A DNA stretch of 64,000 bases, taken from assembly GCA_951406725.2 (NCBI GenBank), contig OX597823.1, positions 68,386,001 to 68,450,000 of the forward strand, written 5' to 3'. Positions 11,698 to 23,350 of this stretch are shown one piece after another; within the stretch, counting starts at the first letter, position 1; each line of letters opens with the position of its first letter. The stretch comes from Octopus vulgaris (Eukaryota). The notes under the pieces were generated by a model. That model made no database searches, was not told the DNA's origin, and saw only the letters and a list, made by a program, of their open reading frames with translations. Both the position numbers and the translations under genes were made by a program.

Positions 11698-12777
11698 CTG
11701 AAAGGTCAGTAGTCCAGAAATTTAAGAAGAAAAAAAGAAAAAGAGAAAAAAAGGAAAAATACCAAAATTCTTATAAACAAAATATTTTTATATTCAGATC
11801 ATACCAGTCTAACTGCCATTGTTGCTTGTTAATAATCAGAAAAATGGCAAACCTCTAAGTTGTATCTGCAAGTCAGGTATGAATGAAATAAATATATTTA
11901 TAAAGGGTAGTAAAAAGACTAAATTGAACAGTAACTTATATAGTACACATGCACACATGTACAGTGAGATATAGATAGATAGATAGAGAGAGAGAGAGAG
12001 AAAGAGGGAGGAGAGAGAGAGAGAAAACGAGGGAGGAGAGAGAGAGAGAGAATTTTAACAAATGAGTTAGTTTAACAAATGAGAGTGTACACAATACATG
12101 ACATTGAACACACACATACACACACCCATTATGCAGTGTTAATTTGATGTCTTTGAAAGTGTTCTGTAACCTTGGTTTAAAGTGATATAAATATATATAA
12201 CATTCTATAGGCTATCTAAACAAAAAAAAATTCAAGATATGTATATTAAGGATACATGTTAGATCAGATCAAAATGCATTTCTAGAAACTAGTTGCAGTC
12301 ATCAGCTGCAAATAAATAAGACTGAAGTTTCAAACTGATTTTGACACCTCATTCATGGCTTATGATTTTATCATGATGAGGGTGCATAACGGGTAAATTT
12401 GAATTTCTCTAATTTATTTCTGGCTGATGACAGTCTCATTTGTGGGCAAATGAATGCAACAATTTTCTAGAAAAAAATTTGAGTATAAATATAATATATG
12501 CTCGTCAAAACTATAGTAATATCTGTTTGGCAGCTGATGATGGAAATGATATATTTAATATGCTTGTGAATTTTTTTATTTCTTGGTATCTGGTTATATT
12601 TTAAGTTGTCCTTTGTTCTTGTAAAGTTGAAAGTGATTGTGGATTCATGGTTTATGGTGATTACTTATATTGACATTGGTTGATTTACTTCATAGATGAT
12701 CTTACGAGGTTTGGATAATGCTTAATGATACCCTGTTTGAAGAGATTCTGTGGCATGCATGCATGCCTACATACATA

Positions 12778-13210
12778 TATATGCTGTATCCAGATTACAA
12801 GTTCAGGTTTATACCTGTAATTATTGGGACACTGGGTTATGTAACACACTGCCTAAATACCAATCTTGAGAAATTAGGCTTCTCAAAACCAAAAATGAGA
12901 AAGCTGATGTGAAGACTACAGATTCAAGCCATTACAGGAATTGTAAAAATATGTAAAACTTTCCAGAAGTTTATCATTTAAATATACATGAGTATATCTA
13001 GACATGTAACATTATGCATGAGAATGCATACATAAAACAAAACATACAAATCTGCACATATACACACATACGTACATTCATATGTACATACATACATACA
13101 TCAAAAAGACCCTGTTGATGTTGAACTTCCAATGAAGGAGCCTTGGATCTAGGTTAGAAACTGGCTCTTTCTCTATTGGCAACAAATCTTGAAATAAAAC
13201 TGAATAATGA
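12778..13210 (+). mobile_element. 3' fragment of a REL-endonuclease non-LTR retrotransposon with 3' UTR
   Basis: YPDYKFRFIPVIIGTLG...LEKLG...LQIQAITGIVKICKTF matches the REL C-terminal IPVVIGALG...Q...G pattern of ORF 31988-33763. Confidence 0.7.
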
Positions 13211-13524
13211 CACACACATGTAATGTGTGTGTACGTACATAGGAGAAACAAAGAAAATTTCCTTTACAGTTTTGTGTTTCTATTGGATTTATTCCTTCTA
13301 GCCTTTCTACATATGTATGTCCAAAATGTGAGCAGAGCAACAACATCTGTCATCCATATTTGTCTCACAATCTTGATCTGTGATTTGAAAATGTCACAAC
13401 TATTTCCATGTTATCCGCTTGGACTAACTTTGTACTCGACATAGCTTTCAGTCACTCATTTTTTGTAGAGGAAAAGAAGCACCTGAGCCATTCTCTTTTT
13501 CAAGAAGTAAATAAAACACTTTTA

Positions 13525-13960
13525 TTTATTTATCTATATATTTTATTTTTCAGTCATTGAACTGTAGCCATGTTGGGGCAACATATTCAAGAGTTTTGTT
13601 AATCAAGTTTACCCCAGCTCTGATTTTAAATTTGATACTTATTCTAACTCTCTTTTGCTGATCTACTGAGTTACATGGAGGTGAACAAATCAACACTAGT
13701 TATGAAGCAGCATTAACATAAAGACTTGACGGCAGGAGAGACAAACGTAATGTGCAAGTACACACACACATGCATACACAAACATACGTATTCACATTGG
13801 GCTTTCACACAGATTGCATTTACTAAATTTATTCTCAAAGATTTGGTTAGCCCAGGGCTATAGTAGGAGATAACTATATAAGTTGTGGCAGATTGAAACT
13901 GTACTTAAAACCCTGTAATTTCACTGCAAACTTTGTAACTATATAACCATGCCTGCATCC
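13525..13960 (-). mobile_element. tRNA-derived SINE family A, degraded copy
   Basis: Colinear with 20722-21112 (ttcagtcattgaactgtagccatg...gcccagggctatagtag...ccatgcctgc). Confidence 0.75.
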
Positions 13961-14109
13961 AATAATAAGTACTGGAAATATAGTTTTTCAAATATATATT
14001 TAACAACATGCTTAAACAGACTTAGCATATACATAGATAACTAGATACTTATAAAAAATATATTGTCTTAAATATTATTTAGTTACATGCCTAAAAGACA
14101 AATTCTTTG

Positions 14110-14530
14110 TGTGCTTCTTTTCTCCTACATGAGGTGAATGAACCTATATGTAACTATATGTGTGCTGTTGGCGATTATTTTCCTTCTTCAGGCTTTTCCC
14201 TTTTTCCTTTCTCATGAAGAGCTGTGTTCAGAATGTCAAAAACTCTTTTTTACTGAGCTTCAAACTAATGCATTCCATGTGCATGTCCTGTTTTTGTTTG
14301 TTATTTTTAATGTTTATTCATTTGGTTCAACTATATATTCCTGTATCTCTCCCTTTCCAAAATAAATACTTACATAATGAACTCTAATATTTCCTTCTAT
14401 TGAAACTCTCTCATATCACCTCTGATGATGGGATATCCTTTATATCCCTGAATCAGCTCTAACACTACCTTTCTCTTTATAAATGTCCTAGAAATATCAC
14501 ACTGCCTTGGTGTTGTTATATCATTTTATT
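14110..14530 (+). mobile_element. Probable PLE-derived pseudo-LTR remnant with decayed hammerhead motifs
   Basis: CTGATGA-t-GGGATAT-cctt-tATATCCC-t-GAAt-CAGCT at 14422-14460, plus a weaker motif at 14213-14240. Confidence 0.5.
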
Positions 14531-15335
14531 TAACATATACATGCTCACACACGACCTGCATTAGACTCCTCACTCATACTGTTATTGAACTAGGAGTCTA
14601 ACAGTAGTCCTTCTATAGCACTTACACAGCATTACCTGCCTTTTGGGTCTTCTGGATACCTAAACCTCTTCTATATGTGTGTGTGTGTTTGTGTGTGTTT
14701 GTGTGTGTTTGTGTGTGTGTGTGTATGTGTGTATATATGTATATATAACTATATATATTCATATTCTAGTGATATTCAACAAGTATTAGAATCAACAATG
14801 CATATAAGTAAATAAACAGCTTTTTATGTGCATATAATTATGTAATAACAAGGAAATGTTGTGATTTGCATACAATTTGTAGAAGTAAATGCTGTGTACA
14901 CAGTTTTCATGTATGGTTTTAGAAACTTGAAACAAGAGACACAAAGGGCTCTGTATATGCATATTTGTTTAGATGCACAAAACTTATACTCATAAATGCA
15001 CCTCTCTCATGCATGTACATATTTGATATAGCAAGAGGGGAGGGAAGGTGGGAGAGAGATTACGAGGAGGAGACTTGTGTCGTGGTTTAAGTGCATTATT
15101 ATCAAGTTCAGCAGATCTGGAAGGGAAATGACATCATCCATTTTTGAGTAGAAGCAATGGATATTCAGTGAAGTAGTACTGAAGTATTAAAAAATATACG
15201 ATGTAAGTACTAAATAGGAAAAGTAAAAATACTGAAGATATCAAAAGACTATAGTGATTAGCTAGTTAAAGAATCCATGAAAATTGATCATGCATAAATG
15301 AGAACAGGAACATTATGAAAGGAGAGGTAAAGAAT

Positions 15336-15457
<122 letters not shown>

Positions 15458-16774
15458 GAGAGGAGAAAATAAGACAGAAAGAAACTATGTTGAAGGGATG
15501 AAGATTATTTCATCTCTGTCATCCAGTATATCAAAAAATGAAAGTAATGGGTATCAAAATATAAGGAAACATAAAATGGAATTAGCAGTAAGAACTATAC
15601 AAAGGCTGAACCAAGAGTATTAGGTCTACATTTCAAACGTTGAAAGATGAATCTATTTGTTTTCTGATAACTGCAATGTTATTCTCCCTATATGTCACAT
15701 GAAAATATATGGCTGGATCAGTTTTACATAGGAATAAGAATAAACATATATTCTGTTAAAGATATAACAGTATTAAATAAGTAGTGAATTTGATAATGAA
15801 AAGATCAGACTCAATGCTAAAAGGAATGGTTGATAGCAAACTAAAATGTAACTACAAAAGTCTTTAGAAGTAATGCTTTAGTATTAAAATGATAAAAGCT
15901 CTAGAGATATATGTAAAAGATGATAATAATAAAAAGGGTGGATGACTAGCTGTAATGTATCTTTGTTACAATATAGCCTGTCATCAATTCCAGGAAAATT
16001 GTATCATTATTAATATAGTGAAAGGTGAACATGAAAGAAGTTATGACTTTTGAAGGTGACTATTGAATAAATACAGGCTGTGAATAGAAAACAGTGAAAC
16101 AGATCATTATTTGCAATTTAGTGTAAAATAGTTGCTGGATTTCTTTTTGTGATGACATTTTGATCTTATTGTATTAAAAACATCTCAATGCAACCATAGG
16201 TTTAACAACACTTTGGAAAAACATGAAAGATGAATAAAAATAAATTGCGAGATAAAACTACACTGGATAGACAAATTTCATTGAAGAACAAATAAAAGAA
16301 AAATGTTGGGATTTTACATAGTGTATGCACAAAACTACTACGGCTTTAAAATACTATAATCCCCTCCCCCAAAAAACAATGACAACAAAATACATATAAT
16401 TTGATATAACCTATCACAGGGAGGAAAATGCTGACAATAATAGTTAAAAACTTTCACAAAGAAACAACAAACCACTACTTGAGTTGCATAAAATGAAGAT
16501 ATATTTGTGAAGATTGCATCATTTGTATCAATGAAGAAGAATAGCTGAGCTTAGAGAAGATTTTGAGAATTAGGATGGCTGAGTGAGATTGTAGATTCTG
16601 AAGAATATTTTGTGTGGAGATTATTATAAAGTTGAGAACAATCAAGTTGGAAATTCTGGAATTACAAAAATTTCCTATTTTAAAAGAACTAATATTCTAG
16701 GTAATGTCTAGGTAGTAAGTACTACTAACTAATAATGGCAATAATGAATAGGCACAATAATGAATAGTAATAAT

Positions 16775-16940
16775 ATAGGCACAAGGTCTGAAATTTTGGA
16801 GGTGGTGGCGAGTCAATTACATTGACCTCAGTGCTGAATTTGTACTTATTTTAGCTGGATTTGAACTAAGGATGTAAAGCTGGAAGAAATGCTGCTATGC
16901 ATTTTGCCTGACATGCTAATGATTATGCCAGCTCACCAAG
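16775..16940 (-). mobile_element. tRNA-derived SINE family B, degraded copy
   Basis: Reverse-complement similarity to 56693-56905. Confidence 0.65.
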
Positions 16941-17369
16941 CCAGAAATTTGCAAGGAAAGGAACAAGTCATCTGAATCAGCACAAATATGACTGGCAACT
17001 TGTGTGGATTTGTGTTTGTAATGGCATTATGAGATAATCTCCATCTTTTGTTTAAAATATATTTGTCTTTATATTTCTTTGTAATGCATGGCTGGCACTA
17101 TCTTGTTATATTTATGAAAGGCTCTCTATGTTCAATAGTTGACGAACTGATGCTGAAATGGTAAAAACGTTGTTCTTTCACGTACTCTACATATCTCAAT
17201 AATATTGTGATATTCCTCCTGTCCTCATTACTGAAAAGATGCAGATGAATGAGAAAATGAATTTTAAAGCTGTCTTCACTTATTTCAACATTATATATTA
17301 AGAAATTCAGCTATAACCCTAAGTATAAACTTAACAGGAGTTTTACTACTAAAAAATCACATCACCTCA

Positions 17370-18720
17370 ATAAAATCTGATTAGACCTGCTCAGTGCCAT
17401 ATTGTAGCAATGCAGGCAAGGCTCCTTCCCACAAATGAAACATGAAGACGCCCTCCTTCACGCAACAGGAAACAAGATAACATACAGTAGGCACCCATCA
17501 ACAAATATAACCATAGAAACTCAAATAACTTTTACTTAAATATACTAAATCATGTAACAGAAAATCTGTGAATTATACTATTCATAAGAAATCACCAACC
17601 CTCTGAGATCTCAGTGAACAAACTATCACCAATATTGACACTAAAGCTTAATGACTTGAACAGCACAAAAAAAGAGATACCTTTTTTTCCAGATACTTGT
17701 TAAATACACAGAAATTATCCCCCACCTACTGATAGGCAAAATTTTTTAAATTCTGTACATATAGAGCTAGAATATTGATGAGACATGCCACATCTCTTTC
17801 TTCATCCTAATTGAAGCACACCTAAGCAATTTCCATTTGGATATTGAAATTAAAGTGACAGACCTCATCATCATTCATTCACACAAGCCCCCCCCCCCCC
17901 CGATGAATGGCTGCTATTTTCCATGATTTCCTTGCTACATATGCAAGGAGTGCTTTTTCAATTGTACTGTGAATTTGTGTCTACACAATCAAGTTAATGA
18001 TCCAATCATAACTGGACTCTATGGTCTCTGCTGTACTTCCATGACTGCCTGAACAAAATGAAGTCCTTTCTTTAAAAATATAACTTAACATGTATATTAA
18101 TGAAGGGCAACTTTCTTAATATGGATTGGCCAAAAGATACTTAGAAATTAGGTAATTACACCTCAACTCCACATAAAGGAGCCTTCTTCCCCCAGTTACA
18201 ATTCATGCTTTAACCAATGAACCACAATGATATTGTTTTGGACCAAGTGTTGTGAAAACACTCAAACATTAACCATGATATCTCATTTGATAGAACTCTT
18301 CTTTCAGAACTTGATACTGTACACTGCTATCTTAGATTCCAAATATTCAAAGCTAAAATAAGCACACTCATTTGACAGTGTGAATCTGCCTAAGCAAACT
18401 AGAGAACAATTTTATATGTTCTATAACTTACCAACTTATCTTTTACACAGATACTTCTTCATATTTAAAGTGACACAGAAGGTGTATGAGGATATAGTTA
18501 CCAATATATGCCCAAGCCACACCACAAAATAAATTGCAAACAAAAACAGAAATAGCAACTCAAAGGAAAGAAGAAAACCCCTAATTTGAAAAGTCAAATG
18601 ATTGACACCTAGCACATTGATTGACTATAAATCAATGAGCTTTCACTCATGATTCAACTTTTCTTCCTAACATTCCACTCACACCAAAATTTTATCACTC
18701 TTTTGCAATTCCTTGGGTTC
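17370..18720 (+). mobile_element. Very old APE-type LINE fossil (endonuclease region), tentative
   Basis: A/C-rich coding-like composition with a decayed G.F..MDW motif near 18105-18130; no sustained ORF. Confidence 0.3.
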
Positions 18721-18978
18721 TGGGTACCTCATGTTACCATGGACACTCTCCACAACCAGATGCAATCTATTAGCAGCACTGCCTTACTGACATTAGCTTC
18801 CCTTCCCCTCAGCTTCCAACATGTGAATCATCCTCTGCAGTACATCCCTTCTTGCAAGCTATTTTCAATCATTCCTCTTTTATGTGAGTCTTCACTCATA
18901 TCCTTTAAAAGCAATAAAAAGTTATCCCATATATATAATAATAATTATTATTATTATTATCTTCATCATCATCATTAT

Positions 18979-19117
18979 TTTGGTTTAGCTCAGGTTTGGT
19001 CTTACTCCTTGTAGGATTTATGTAGGTAGCAGGTTAATACCTGTAACCTTAGGTATCCACACGTTTTCAGAAGTCTTTCAAATGCTTAGAACCCTTCTGA
19101 TAATCCTTGCTGTCCTG
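18979..19117 (-). mobile_element. 3' end of a Dong/R4-like REL LINE
   Basis: Minus strand encodes TARIIRRVLSI* followed by a short UTR; (TTA)n on both sides. Confidence 0.7.
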
Positions 19118-19139
19118 TTTATTATTATTATCATTTTCC

Positions 19140-19946
19140 AATTGATTTGCATTTTGTTTCATTTTTCGACCACGTCTCAAGCAGACACCTAAGTCACATA
19201 TATATTAGATGGAGAAAAACCTCCTGAGAATGTGGGAAGTTGATGTCAGCACATTTTTTTGAGTCTCATAGATTGTTGGTTTCTCAGGGATATGGTCAAA
19301 AAATTTGTCACTATCTTTCTTGATCATTCCCAGGGTACCTACAATAACAGGGATGGTTTTGGCTTTTAATTGTCACATCCTAGCTATTTCAATCCCATGG
19401 TCCTTATATTTTGATAGTTTTTCAAATTCCATTGCTGAGATGTTTCTAATAGTAGGCACTGTCATATCAATTAACAAGCATATTTTTGCTCTTAGGTCTT
19501 TGATGATGATGATGTCTGATCTGTTAGCATTTATTTGCCTGCCTGTATGTATCTCATAATTGATTGACTTTGAATGGTGTTCATACCAGTTCTTAGGCTG
19601 TGGGATATCATAGTGACAGCCTATGCGCTAGTGCAAGTATTGGCCAACTCAATCATGCCTGGTTTTATATATTCTGGGGCAAGGACTGAGAAGTCAGCAA
19701 CAAAGTGGTGAATAATCTCAAGTTTTTCATTACAGAGTCTACACTTTGTGTCCACCTTATTGTGTGTAACATTAGCTTGATAGTTCTGAGTGAGGAGACT
19801 GATCCCGTGCCACTAGGATAAATCCTTCTGTTTTGGCTTTCAAACCAGCACTCTGCAGCCACTGATGAGTTCTTCTCATATCTACATCAGCTTTACCAGC
19901 TCGTCTGGGGTATTGCCTATGCAATGGTTTTTCTTGCCAGTCTCGA
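19140..19946 (-). mobile_element. Degraded 5'-truncated Dong/R4-like REL LINE
   Basis: WQEKPLHRQYPRRAGKADVDMRRTHQWLQSAGLKAKTEGFILVARDQ is homologous to WQEKPLYGKYPKRANNADIDKALTHQW...LKSETEGFIIAAQDQ in ORF 31988-33763. Flanked by (TTA/TTG)n. Confidence 0.9.
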
Positions 19947-20230
19947 TTATCATTATCATTATTATTATTATTATTGTTGTTGTTGTTATTGTTATTTAAA
20001 ACAGCTCCAAGTGGCTTCAAGTTTTGTAAGCTTCATTCAGGCACAGATTACTGAAGGGAGACGCACAGGAAGCCCAAGATTTACTAGAAAATAGGCTGCT
20101 CTTGGACAAGGCAGGTCACATGGTGTTGTTAGAAGAGAGACTGACATTCTAGTAACACCAGATGTAACACCTACTAAATGTGTCAAGTGCCTTTTCCTTT
20201 CATTTGTTCATTCATTCATATATATATATA

Positions 20231-20616
20231 CTAGCAGTATCGTCCGGCGTTGCTCAGGTTTGTAAGGGAAATAACTATAAAGCATTTTTAGAGAGTTATA
20301 GCCAAAAAATAGCAAAAAAATGGGAAAAAAATGATGGTAAATTTTTTTTTGAGAGTTAAAAAAGGTCGAGTTGCGTCCCCTAGACAGTCTGTGGTTTGTG
20401 TTTCTGATTCTCGACCCCATGTCGAATTTATCGATTTTTTTCAGAACTGGGGGAACTTTTCGAAATTTTCGCTGCGTTAGTTTTGAATTATGACATTGGG
20501 CTATGTGTGTGTCAAGTTTCATCAGAATCGGTTGAAAGCCGTGGTCAGGGTGAGGGTACAACCAAACAGACACACAGAAACACACACAGACAAACTGCCG
20601 TTTATATAGAGAGAGA
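20231..20616 (-). mobile_element. Non-autonomous Helitron
   Basis: Minus strand begins TC(TCTCTATATAAA) and ends CTAG, inserted between A and T. A GC-rich imperfect hairpin (cctgagcaacgccgg) lies just upstream of the CTAG end; no TSD. Confidence 0.8.
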
Positions 20617-20721
20617 TATATGATCTATTGATTCATCGTGAAGTTACAGAATATATATTTGAGAGTGTGTATGTGTGTGTGAGTGTCTCTATTTATCTAT
20701 CTATCTATCTATCTATCTATA

Positions 20722-21112
20722 TACTCTTTTACTTGTTTCAGTCATTTGACTGCAGCCATGCTGGAGCACCGCCTTTAGTCGATCAAATAAGCCTAGTACT
20801 TATTCTATCGGTCATTTTTACCGAACCGCTAAGTTACAGGGACGTAAACACACCAGCATCGGTTGTCAAGCGGTGTTGGTCGGACAAAGACAGACACACA
20901 AACATACACACACATATACATACACATATATATATATATACATATATACGGCAAGCTTCTTTCAGTTTCCGTCTACCAAATCCATTCACAAGGCTTTGGT
21001 CGGCCCGAGGCTATAGTAGAAGACACTTGCCCAAGATGCCACGCAGTGATACTGAACCCGGAACCATGTGGTTGGTAAGCAAGCTACTTACCACACAGCC
21101 ACTCCTGCGCCT
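20722..21112 (-). mobile_element. tRNA-derived SINE family A, well-preserved copy
   Basis: Minus-strand head AGGCGCAGGAGTGGCTGTGTGGTAAG (A box) and GGTTCAGT (B-box-like), internal TA/TG microsatellite, A-rich tail; multiple copies in the window. Confidence 0.85.
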
Positions 21113-21159
21113 AACCTATATATATATATATATATATAAAATTTGCATTGCTTGCTCTC

Positions 21160-23350
21160 AGCCATGTGTATCATGGTGGCCATAGAGATGGTTTTTGAAC
21201 AAAGAGGGAACAAGGCTACTGGAGGTCAGTGATGTGAATAACCTAATGATCTGCAACACCAACTTCAGAAAGCCAGCCAGTTACCTGATAATCTATCAGT
21301 TGGATGACCACGACAACTAGATTGATTACATTTTCACGAGAGAACGAAATACATGGTTTCTCATAAATGCAAAGACCTTCCCCGGTGAGGAATGTATGCC
21401 TGCCATCCCACCAGCATAGATTAGTTATTAGTGACTTTAAACTTCAGGCTAGGAGGATTCCAAGAAGCAGATCAATCTGGAAAAGAAGGATTTGGAAGCT
21501 TAAGGATCCTCTAAATGGTCAGAAATCTTGGGACATCCTACCTGAGAAATTTAAAGAGAAGAGAAAGAGACTTGTAACATAGAGGGCAACTAGAACTTCC
21601 TGTGGGACAACTTGGTGAGTGCCACAGACCAAACCTATGGGTGGTGTGAAATCTCAACCAGACCTAGGGTTATGTGGTGGTGGAATGATGTAGACAAGAC
21701 CATTAGAGTAAAGAAATAGTCTTGGAAGGTCTGGAAAAATGGTGGTAGGAGAGATCTATATCTGGTAGCCAGGGGAGAAGCAGAGAGGAGACAGTTTGCC
21801 AATGTTCTATGATGTGAAGACCAGAGACTTGAATTGTTTTGGATTGCAAGACTGTGTCAGAGAAAATCATGATGTGGTAGGAGAGAAATGTGTTAACATG
21901 GATGATGGTTCATTTGCAGCCACTATGAAAGGCTACTAAATATAGAAAATGCATGGGAGAAGGAGATCCTGCCTTATGTGGACCCAACAGAGAGGATGGC
22001 TGTCTGAATTGACAGTAGCTTAGTAGATAAGGCAATTGAGGATATGAAGACAAGAAAAGCCTCTGGCCCATCAAGTACCACTGCTGAGATGTTTAAAATA
22101 TCTAGCAGAGTGGGATATAACCTGGTATAATTAATCAGCTTGTCCATGAGGGAGTCATATCCAATGACTGGTGAGCAGCATTATAGTCAACTGCTACAAA
22201 GGCAAGGGTAATGCCCTAGACAGAAATAATAACAGAGGCATCAAATTACTGGACCAGATGATGAAAGTTGCAGAAAGGATCATAGCTCAATTAATTAGGA
22301 AGAGAGTTAGCATAGATGAGATGCAATTTGGATTTGTGCCAGGGAGAAGCACCACTGATACAACTGCAGGAGAAATACTTGGCCAGAAATAAACCTCTGT
22401 ATCAGGCTTTTGTTGACATGGAGAAAGCTTTTGACAGGGTCCCTCTGCTCCCCTACCTGGTGAGCAATAGGAAAACTAGGGATAAATGAGTGGTTAGTAA
22501 GAGCAATACAAGCCATGTACAGGGTGATGAGAGTAGCCAATGAATATAACAAGGAGCTTAGCATACAAGTAGGAGTCCACCAGAAATCACTTCTTAGCCC
22601 CTTCTCGTTTATCTTGGTCCTCCAAGCTATAACCGAGGAATTTAAGACTGGCTGCCTTTGGGAGCTCCTCTATGCTGATGACCTTGTACTTATTATTAAA
22701 TCACTACCGAAACTAGAGAAGTAATTTCAGGTATGGGAACAGGGACTGGAATCAAAGGGTCTCAGAGTTAATTTAGCAAAGACCAAAGTATTGATAAGTA
22801 GGAAAACAGACAAATCACTGACCCCTGCAGGTAGATGGTGTCAAAAGAAACTCCATAAGGTACACTCAGTGCAAGCTATGGACACATAAGAAGTGCAGTG
22901 GTATCACTGGAAGACTAACAGAGTAAGTAGCCTTTACATGTGACAGATGTTCAGGTACATTACAACAGCAGGAATGTACAACAAAAAAGACTCCCTCATA
23001 TGTCAGGGGAGATCTTTAGAAGTAGTAGATAGTTTCGGTTACTTAGCTGACCAAGTTAGTAGTGGGAGAGATTGTACTGAAACCATAGATGCTAGAATAA
23101 GAATAGGCTAGGTTACTACCTCTGTTAATAATGAAGTGCCTCTCCTTCAGAGTGAAAGGCAGGTTGTATGATACTTGTGTATGAACAGCTATGCTATATG
23201 GCAGTGAAACATGGGCGGTGACAACTGAGGACATGTGAAGGCTTGAATAAAATGAAGCCAGTATGCTCTGATGGATGGGTAATGTCAGCGTGCTTATACA
23301 ACACAATGTAAATCAAGAGAAAAACTGACTATATGAGGCATTTGATGTAG
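21160..23350 (+). mobile_element. Degraded RTE-clade LINE, first unit of a tandem pair
   Basis: IDYIF, IVNCYKGKGNALD, EMQFGFVPGRSTTD, LLYADDLV (22671) and MLYGSETWA. Confidence 0.92.

Noticed and set aside
20628-21185. 185-aa ORF and possible tRNA gene
   Set aside because: Spans microsatellites and an antisense SINE; the tRNA-like head has no complete cloverleaf.
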